From Candidatus Saliniplasma sp. (GTDB taxonomy: Archaea; Thermoplasmatota; Thermoplasmata; Halarchaeoplasmatales; Halarchaeoplasmataceae): a stretch of DNA of 64,000 nt. The notes beneath the pieces were generated by a model. That model saw only the letters and a program-made list of their open reading frames with translations, searched no databases and was not told where the DNA came from. Position numbers and translations under genes: made by a program. Below are positions 1 through 9,100 of this stretch, one piece after another; the first letter of the stretch is position 1, and each line of letters begins with the position of its first letter. The stretch spans positions 2,437 through 66,436 of the forward strand of contig JBMCUO010000001.1 of NCBI GenBank assembly GCA_048622455.1. The letters are read 5' to 3'.

Positions 1-62
1 TGCCTGTAAGATCGGCAGCATAGAGGGAGTGGATTAAGATTACATCAAAAGAAAGCCTGACT

Positions 63-2069
63 TTGGTCGTAGTTATTTTGATAGTTGCTAGTATTTTTAC
101 CGCTGCAGTTGGCTCTGTGGCGAGTTTGGATGAGAGTGAAAGAGTTACTGTTGAAGATGAAAGCATAAGTGCAGATGATCCTATAGAGATTTATGACTGG
201 CATGACCTCGATAATGTTAGGAACAACTTGAGTGCCGACTATGTTTTGATGAACGATTTAGATGAGGATACTGAAGGTTACATGGATTACAATGACCCAG
301 ATACTGAAGGATGGGAGCCGATAGGCGATTGTGATGATGAAGATGTAGAGTTCAATGGAACTTTTGACGGAAATGGATATGAGATAAGAGACCTATACAT
401 TGACAGATCCGGTGAAGATTTTCTAGGTCTTTTTGGATGGTCTGAAGGAAAACTCGTAAACATCAGCCTTGTCAATACAAACGTGAGCGGAGACAGTTAT
501 GTAGGCGGGCTCGTGGGATTGAACGTTGGCACGGTGTCGAACTCGTATGCTACAGGGAACGTGAGGGGAAAAGAGCAAGTAGGCGGACTCGTCGGAGGGA
601 TCTCCCACGGACGGAGCCACCATGATAGCATTGTTGAGGATTCATATGCAACAGGAGATGTGAGCGGAGAAGAATATATTGGCGGGCTAGTAGGAAAGAA
701 CAGTGGTACGTTGAGCGATTCTTATTCAACGGGAAATGTGATCGGAGAAAGATATGTTGGTGGACTCGTTGGTAGTACATTGGACGGATCGACAAATGTT
801 GAAAATTCTCATTACAATATAGATGAAGTTTTGATCAACGGCGAACATAGAGTAACTCTAAGTGGCCTTTTCGATAAACAGTATCAAGATTGGATGGAGG
901 ATAAGGAATTGGATATAGAGGATTATAGTGATTCTCTAGAACCTGCAGGAGAATACTATGAGATAAGTGATGTCCAGGGTATTCGAGACCTTTTGGGTTT
1001 CGCAAGGGAGGATAAATATAAATTCCGTCTTGTTGATGATTTAGACTTATCAGGTGAACAAGATCTGTACATTCCTTATTTTGGAGCAGAGTTCGAGGGT
1101 AATGGTTATACAATATCTAACCTCGAACTAGATTTGCCTTTTGTAGCTTTTATAGGTTTGTTTGGATGCAATGATGGAGGACTAGTTAGAGATATTGAAT
1201 TAGTAAATATTAATATGACCGGATACTTTTTTGTAGGCGGACTCGTCGGATACAACTTTGGCACGGTGGAAAACTCGCACGCTACTGGAAACGTGAGCGG
1301 GGGAGATTATGTAGGTGGACTCGTCGGATCGAACGAAGGCACGGTCAGCAACTCGTATGCTACTGGAAACGTGAAAGGATCTGGTAATGTAGGCGGGCTA
1401 GTAGGACTTAACCGGGATATCGTTAAAAACTCTTACGCTACAGGAGATGTGAGCGGAGATAGGCAGGTAAGCGGACTCGTCGGATACAACTCTGGCACGA
1501 GCACGGTGTCAAACTCGTATGCTACCGGAGACGTGGACGGGGAAACGAATATAGGCGGGCTCGTGGGGGTCAACGATGGAAGCACGGTCAATAACTCGTA
1601 TGCTACGGGGAACGTGAGCGGAGGCGGAAATGTAGGCGGGCTTGTGGGGGTCAACGATGAAGGGACATTTACTGAAGGAACGGTGGAGAACTCGTATGCT
1701 ACAGGGAACGTGAGGGGAAAAGAGCAAGTAGGCGGACTCGTCGGATACAACTTTGGCACGGTTGAGAACTCCTTTTGGGATATAGAGACCTCAGGAATCG
1801 AAGATAGCGATGGAGGAACCGGTCTTACCACGGATGAGATGATTCAAAAGGAGACCTTCACCGACGCAGACTGGGATTTCGATGGGAACTGGGACATTCT
1901 CGAGGGAGAAACCTATCCTTTCCTTCAGTGGCAGGAAGAAGATACCTATCCCTATCAGGAAGAACCAGGAGAGGATGAAGACGACGGTATCCCAGGATTC
2001 ACTACGGCGCTCTTGTTACTGGCTTCCATCATCGCTGTAGCTATCTACCAGAAAAAGAGTAGGAAGTGA
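63..2069 (+). CDS. Secreted GLUG-motif repeat surface protein with C-terminal PGF-CTERM archaeal sorting signal. Start codon is uncertain (TTG at 63 or downstream; upstream in-frame stop at 21-23).
   Basis: N-terminal hydrophobic signal-like segment (VVILIVASIFTAAVGSVASL). About 12 tandem repeats of the form NSYATGNV.G....VGGLVG..NxGTVxNS, typical of the GLUG motif. C-terminus DGIPGFTTALLLLASIIAVAIYQKKSRK = PGF + TM helix + basic tail, as recognised by archaeosortase A. Confidence 0.7.
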   Translation: MVVVILIVASIFTAAVGSVASLDESERVTVEDESISADDPIEIYDWHDLDNVRNNLSADYVLMNDLDEDTEGYMDYNDPDTEGWEPIGDCDDEDVEFNGTFDGNGYEIRDLYIDRSGEDFLGLFGWSEGKLVNISLVNTNVSGDSYVGGLVGLNVGTVSNSYATGNVRGKEQVGGLVGGISHGRSHHDSIVEDSYATGDVSGEEYIGGLVGKNSGTLSDSYSTGNVIGERYVGGLVGSTLDGSTNVENSHYNIDEVLINGEHRVTLSGLFDKQYQDWMEDKELDIEDYSDSLEPAGEYYEISDVQGIRDLLGFAREDKYKFRLVDDLDLSGEQDLYIPYFGAEFEGNGYTISNLELDLPFVAFIGLFGCNDGGLVRDIELVNINMTGYFFVGGLVGYNFGTVENSHATGNVSGGDYVGGLVGSNEGTVSNSYATGNVKGSGNVGGLVGLNRDIVKNSYATGDVSGDRQVSGLVGYNSGTSTVSNSYATGDVDGETNIGGLVGVNDGSTVNNSYATGNVSGGGNVGGLVGVNDEGTFTEGTVENSYATGNVRGKEQVGGLVGYNFGTVENSFWDIETSGIEDSDGGTGLTTDEMIQKETFTDADWDFDGNWDILEGETYPFLQWQEEDTYPYQEEPGEDEDDGIPGFTTALLLLASIIAVAIYQKKSRK

Positions 2070-2240
2070 TGATAAGTTTAAATTCAACCGTAGAAATAAG
2101 AGATAAAAAACCATTTCATCCTTTCTTTCTTAATAGAAATTTTGTATACAAAACGGCGTTAGTTTCCCTTCCCTCGCATTCAATTAATTCACGAAATAGA
2201 TAGCAAAAATAATTTGTAGAATAGAAAATTATCTGATCAT

Positions 2241-2993
2241 ATGACGAAGAGATTGAAAGGAAAGAAGGCTCTGATAACTGGTGCTTCTAGGGGGATAGGA
2301 AGAGCTATAGCAAAGAAGTTTTCTGAAAAAGGGGCGTATATAGGGATAAATTATCACTCCAGCGATGAAAAAGCGAAAAATGTTTTAGATTTCATAAAAA
2401 AGAATTCGGAAGCAGTTCTGCTCAAAGGAGATGTAAGTGATAAAAACGATTGTAAACGCATTGTCGCAGAGTTTGTTGAAGAATTCGGTGGATTGGATAT
2501 ACTGGTGAATAATGCTGGAATTCTGGAGAAGAAAAATTTAGAAGAGTCCACTGTGGATATTTTCGACAAGACGATGGGGGTTAATGTAAGAGGACCGTTC
2601 ATGCTTTCTAAATATTCTATAAGGTATCTGAAGGATTCAAGGTCAGGCAGGATAATAAACATGTCTTCCCATTGGGCCTTTAGAGGTTCAGACCAAGCCA
2701 CATCTTACGTTGTGAGTAAAGCGGCACTTCTTGGACTGACTAGGGCATTGGCACTCGAATTGGGTCCTAAGGGAATCACGGTGAACGGGATAGCTCCCGG
2801 AACGATAGAAACTGATATGATAGAATCCCGCTATTCGGAAGAAGAGAAAAGGGAGCGAGCTGAAAACATTCCCGTCAGGAGATTGGGAAAACCGGAGGAT
2901 ATTGCAGGTACGGCTCTATTCTTAGCTTCGGAAGAAGGAAGTTATGTAAATGGGGAAGTTATCGGAGTCAATGGCGGCATAACCATTCATTAA
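2241..2993 (+). CDS. Short-chain dehydrogenase/reductase, 3-oxoacyl-ACP reductase (FabG)-like
   Basis: TGASRGIGRAIA Rossmann motif, NNAG, catalytic S...YVVSKAAL (YxxxK), 250 aa. Confidence 0.8.
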   Translation: MTKRLKGKKALITGASRGIGRAIAKKFSEKGAYIGINYHSSDEKAKNVLDFIKKNSEAVLLKGDVSDKNDCKRIVAEFVEEFGGLDILVNNAGILEKKNLEESTVDIFDKTMGVNVRGPFMLSKYSIRYLKDSRSGRIINMSSHWAFRGSDQATSYVVSKAALLGLTRALALELGPKGITVNGIAPGTIETDMIESRYSEEEKRERAENIPVRRLGKPEDIAGTALFLASEEGSYVNGEVIGVNGGITIH

Positions 2994-3104
2994 TCGATGT
3001 TTAAGATACATCCCATCTTCTTAAAGTGATTTTAGAAGTTATTCTGCTTCTAAGATCGATGGGAAATCCAAAGTTATTTAAAAGGAATTTAGTTACATCT
3101 GATA

Positions 3105-6100
3105 TCATGTGTCTCTTCTCTTAGAATTATATCGCCGATGATTCAAAATCGAAATAACTATAGCTAAAAGTAGTAACAAAAACCACCAAGGGTTGATCGA
3201 TGAGTACTCATCTCTGACGGTAATACTTATCTTTTCCTCATTCACGGATACATCATACTCTCCTGGTTCATTAATAGTGTGGATATGTGTAACGGTCACT
3301 GTTTCACCCCCATCTACGGTCACTGTTTCAGAACCGATATGTTCGCTATCTAAATAGAAATTGACAGTGTATTCTCCAGTTTCATCACCTATGTTAGTTA
3401 CGTCTATCGTCAATTTGAACTCATTACCAGGTTCGATTATTGATGTGTCTACACGTAAATTAGAGACTTCGAACTCCGCAGGAGTAGTTACCGATATCAC
3501 AGAGAAATCGTAGGATCTCTCAATCTCACCTATAGTTACAATTGCGGTATATTCATCTGCCTCATCTATATCATTCCAAGTATATTGTGAAGTACCTTCC
3601 GAGAATGTTAATACTTCTGTTTCAGTGTCTCCGCCTAGTTTCATGGTTACGGGATACTCTCTTTCTAGAACATTACCGTACTCATCCTGGACATCAGATA
3701 TTTCGATTACTGGACTATCTCCTACGTTGATATCATCCACAGAAACTACAAAATCATGGATATCCGCCATTTCCACCGTTAAGACTACAGTTCCTGATGA
3801 AACCTCCTCATATGTAGCTGTAATAAGATATTCTCCTACTGTTGTAACCTCAAACAGTCCTTCCTCCGTATTCTCCCATTCGAAGTCTGAATCCACATCT
3901 GTTATCAAATTGCCGTAGACGTCGTAGGCTACCGCACCAAATTCGATGATCTCTCCCGCTGTGATAGTTATGTTTTCTGTTGGGTCTATCTCCACAGTAT
4001 CTACAACCGAAGGTTCGACTTTTACACCAACCATCTCTGATGTCACATTCCCATAAATTGCAGAAACTTCATAGATGCCAGCTGTTGTCTGCTCGAATAA
4101 TCCATTTTCTGTGGTATTCCTCCAGATGAAATCTGTATCTGTTTCCGTTACCAAGTTACCATAGTCGTCATAGGCTGCTGCACTAAATTCGATGGACTCT
4201 CCTGCTGTGACGGTCGTGTTTCCAGTTGATCCTATCTCTACCATCCCGACTTCACCTGGCTCAACGGTCACCACAATTTCCTTGGATCTGATCCCTCCAT
4301 GTGTCGCAGTAACTACATAATCCCCAGTTATGGTTTTTTGGAACACCCCCGGATCAGTCGTATTCTCCCAACTAAAATCCTCCGGAGTCCGTGTTATTAT
4401 GTTTCCAAATTCATCGAATGCATATGCTGAGAATCGTAACGTTTCACCTGCAGAAATGTTTTGTTCCTTTGATGGCTCAATGATCACTTCGTGAACCTTT
4501 GAAGGTAGGACTTTCAATTTGGTAGTATTCTCTACCCCATCATGAACCGCTGTTATGGACCAATTTCCTTGAAATTCCGACAGATATATGTTATCATCCC
4601 AACTACCACCTGCCTCTTCATCTATCGACCAATCTACTGCGAAAGTGATATCTCCTATTTCCTCTCTGCTCCCCTCATACCCTTTAGCGGTGAATTGCTG
4701 CTCGTTTCCAGCTGTGATAGTCGTATCTCTTGGAGATATAACGATCTCGTCCACCTCATAATCTACGATAAAGGTGACGTTGTTTGTATCTACATTACCA
4801 TTTCCGTCAAAAGCTCTAACTTCAACTGTATATTCTCCGTTAGATAAATTCTCAAAGGTGTGTTCTGTTTGAGTCCCCACATCCTCCCATCCCTCGTTCA
4901 TCTTCAAAGAAAAATTTAAGGCGTCACTGAACCTGTACATAGCTGTCCAACTGACTTTAACAAAACTTTTCGAAATAGCCACTCCCTCAACAGGCTCATC
5001 TATCCTTACATGCGGTGTTGGAACAGGTTCCATCAGTGGATAATAATCAGTAAAAGAATCTCCCTCGTAAATGGAATCCACTACGCCATCGCTTCCTGAT
5101 ATGTTCTGAGACTCGTTATGATATTCATCGACACCGTCATGGTCTGACCAATAATTTCCGCCTGAGGGATACCCATCATCCCATCGATTAGTACCATCAT
5201 CATAGGCCTGGTGCTCATTTTCAATGAAATTGTTATGGTACACGGTATTGTTTCTTGAATCTTGAAGATAGATCCCGTAATCTTCATTAGATGTAAATGA
5301 ATTTTTTCTGATCTCATTTTCTTCGGAATCCCATGCATATAATGCACGGTCTATATTGAATTCGATATCATTACTACCTATAATGTTATCATCTGATCTA
5401 GATAAATAGATACCATATAGCTCACTGTGAGTGATTTTGTTGTCCCGCAGTGTGTTACCGCGAGCCGAGACATATACGCCGTGACCTGCATTGTTCGTTA
5501 TATTATTAGAAAGAATGGAATTAAAATGGGAAGCCCCGAACAACGAAACACCTCGAGTATTACCAAAAATATAATTTCCTTCCACTAGATTAGAACTAGA
5601 ATGGTACAACTCGATTCCAAACTCTTCACTTTTAGATACTTCATTTTCTACTATCTCGTTGAACTCTGAATGATATAGATAGACCCCATTTCCATCATTG
5701 TACTCTAGAGTGTTATTGAATACTACATTATCCGTGGCTTCCTCTATATCTATACCTCTATCATTTTCATCTACGATATTATGACTGATCGTATTATTTC
5801 CGCTCTCTAAAATACTGATACCTTGGCTGTTATCCTTGATAAAGTTATGTTCTACGCTGTTTTCGTCACTCTCATCCCTCAGAAATATACCTTCCTGGAT
5901 ATTAGAATATACCTCGTTATGTATCAGTTCATTAGCCCCTGCCCCATCATATAGGTATATACCCTGTGCTTCGTTCAAGGTTACATCTAAATTATAGACC
6001 GTATTGTTGCTGGACCAGGAGATATAAAGGCCTACAAGATTACCGAGCAGGGTACCATTCGAGATTTCGGTGTGATTGGATTTCCGGAGATAAACACCGT

Positions 6101-9100
6101 TCTCGTTATTGTACTCTATACTATTATCATTTAACGAGTTATGATCCGCGGCTAATAAGTATATCCCTTTACCGCCATTCTGGGCTACGTGATTATCTAC
6201 TAAACTATTCTGTTCGCTCTCTTGTAAAAACATACCGTCTCCATCGTTGTCAAAGATATTATTGGACTGGATTTTATTGTTCCTAGAATCACGTATATCC
6301 AACCCACTGTGACCAGTCCATGAAATCTCATTATCCATTATCTGGTTTCCATCAGAATTAATTAAAGAGATCCCGGTTCTACCACCGAAAACGATAATTG
6401 TTACATTTCTGGTAGCCTGCCATCCATCGATTTCAGCAGTGATCTCGAGTTCCACCTCCCCATATCCAGAAGGAGTCCATATACCCGTATAATACCCGTC
6501 TCCAGGTTCATCACTTCCAGACCCATCGTCTTCGAGGTTTAAAGGGTCCTCTCCAGAGCTGAATTTTACAGATACATCCGCTCCGTGAATGGGATGAACC
6601 CCGTCTGTTAAGGAGATAATGATCTCTGTTTCAGTGAGGATAGCGTGTTCCGACATATTAGTAGGACGATGCAGCCAAAATTGCGGGTCTTCGGGATCTT
6701 CCACCATACCCACGCCTTTAGATGCATTTATCCTGCCTTCAGTTAAGGTTACGCTGTTAAGGTTTTCTATATGATCTGTTGAAGAAAGTATGATATTTTT
6801 CAGGTTTGTATGGTCGTAAGAGCCGTTGTGAGAAGCTAAAAGAGCGGCTAAACCAGAAACATGAGGAGTAGCCATAGAGGTCCCGCTTAAAGATCTGTAA
6901 TCATCGTTACGCCATGTACTGTATATCTGCACTCCTGGAGCAGCTACATGAACACTGTTCTCACCGTAATTAGAGAATGAGGCTAACTCATCGTCCTCAT
7001 CAGTAGCTGCAACGGAGATGATGTTCGGAAGGTCATAACTAGCTGGATAAGTTGGTTCTAGGTCATTATTGGTTCCGTCATTACCTGCTGCAGCGATGCA
7101 TAATATCTCATTATCTCTATGCTTTTCGATAAGGTCGTTTATCAAATCACTTTCTGAGCCGGTCCAACCCCAACTGTTGCTGGTAGCAACAATGTTCACC
7201 CCCTCTTTTCTTTTTTCTAAAACATATTCTAAGGAAGCAGCAGCATCACCTAAAGTCGATGAACCACTGTCATCGAAGATTTTCAAAGCCATCAAACTGA
7301 CGTTCCAGTTAACTCCTGTTACGCCGATGCTGTTATTACCCACAGCCCCGATAGTACCTGCTACGTGAGTTCCGTGACCGTGGCCGTCCAAGGGATGATA
7401 TGAATCATTTACTGCGTTATAACCATGATTGCCGTTTTCATCCTCCCACATATTGGCCGCTAAATCTTCATGATTATAGTCGATACCCGTATCTATGACC
7501 CCAACTACCACATCCTCACTACCAGTGGTACTATTCCATGCTCCCGAGGCACTTATTTTATCCATACCCCAAAGGGAATCGTATCTTGGATCGTTAGGAT
7601 CTGTGGTCAATTCAGTATCACTCGCTAGTTCTATGTTATGATTCGGTTCCGCGTAAATAACTTCAGGCATATCTGAAAGTTTTTCGATAGCCTCTTGAAC
7701 TTCGTCCTCACTCTCTAGTTCTATCTCAGCACCACCCACTGAGGGGAAAACTCGGACTGTTTTACCTTGAATTTTGTTCGACAAACGGTCAGCTTTATTA
7801 TTTAATAAATTTCTAGCTTGTTCGAGTGATATATCTTTCTGAGGTATATCCATTTTGACTAGTAAGCTGTCAGGCGTATGTGATTCGTCTCGACTACGCC
7901 CTAAATTGTTTTCAACTTCCCCATCCACGTTCAAATAATTTTCATCTATTTTATTGCTCTTGGAATCATACAAACGGATACCATACCTGTTGTTAGAGAC
8001 CTGATTAGAACTTACATTATTAAAATTTGAACTGCCGAGATACATACCATATCTTTGGTTTGTTATGCTGTTTTCAGTGATCTTACCATTTTTAGAATCG
8101 ATAATTATGATGCCGTCGTTACTGCGTTGAACTAAATTCTTCTCGATAATGTATTCATCAGATGATTGCAGCATCAATCCGAACTCCGCATTGTCCGTTA
8201 TGCTGTTACCGTACACCTCGTTCCAATGCGACCTCCTGATATAAACTCCATTCTCGCTGCCCTCTGAAACCGTATTATTGATGAATTGGGTGTGATCAGA
8301 GAGGAATACGTATACAGATTGCTCGTTATGAAGTAATGAATTATCCTTTAAGATACTACCTTCAGAATTGTATATGAATGCACCTCTAAAACTATCTGAG
8401 ATATCGTTCGATACGAATCGATTTTCTGGGGATCTATCTATATGAATTCCGTTCCCATTCCTAACCATAGTATTATTTTCTATCAGATTACCCTTAGAAT
8501 TCTGAGCTTCAAAGCCAGAATAGAAGTTATCTTCGAGTGAACTATTTAAAATGACATTATAATCCGAGAAACCTAGTAATATACCCACACTAGCATTATA
8601 CAATTTCTGGTCATGAACCGTTATGCCGGTACTATTCGCTAAAATCACCTGTCCAGCATCCTCAGAGATTTCTTGGTTGGTCCTGTTACTCAAATAATAT
8701 ATCGGTGAACCGTTGACGGTATTCGTTAAATCTATATCATGAGTATTCCAATGTCGAAGGAACCTCCCCCGGATAACGAGACCACTTCGTTCTAAAGTAT
8801 TGTTCTCGATAACGTTTTTGGACGACGACGATAAAGAGATACCTTCTTCACCGTTCCCCTTTAACAGATTATCTTCCAATCGATTTCTGTCTGATGATGA
8901 TGAAACTATACCGATTGAATCGTTATCCGAGATATTATTATTTTTGACTAAAACTTCGTCGTTCTGGTAAATTCGTATTCCATTCATATTATTGATCGAA
9001 GTAGTGCCCATAATCTCATTTTTCTTCCCTGATCCCCATAACATGATGCCCCTGTACGTTTCGAAAACCGTGGTATTAACGATCTGGTTGTGATTAGAAT

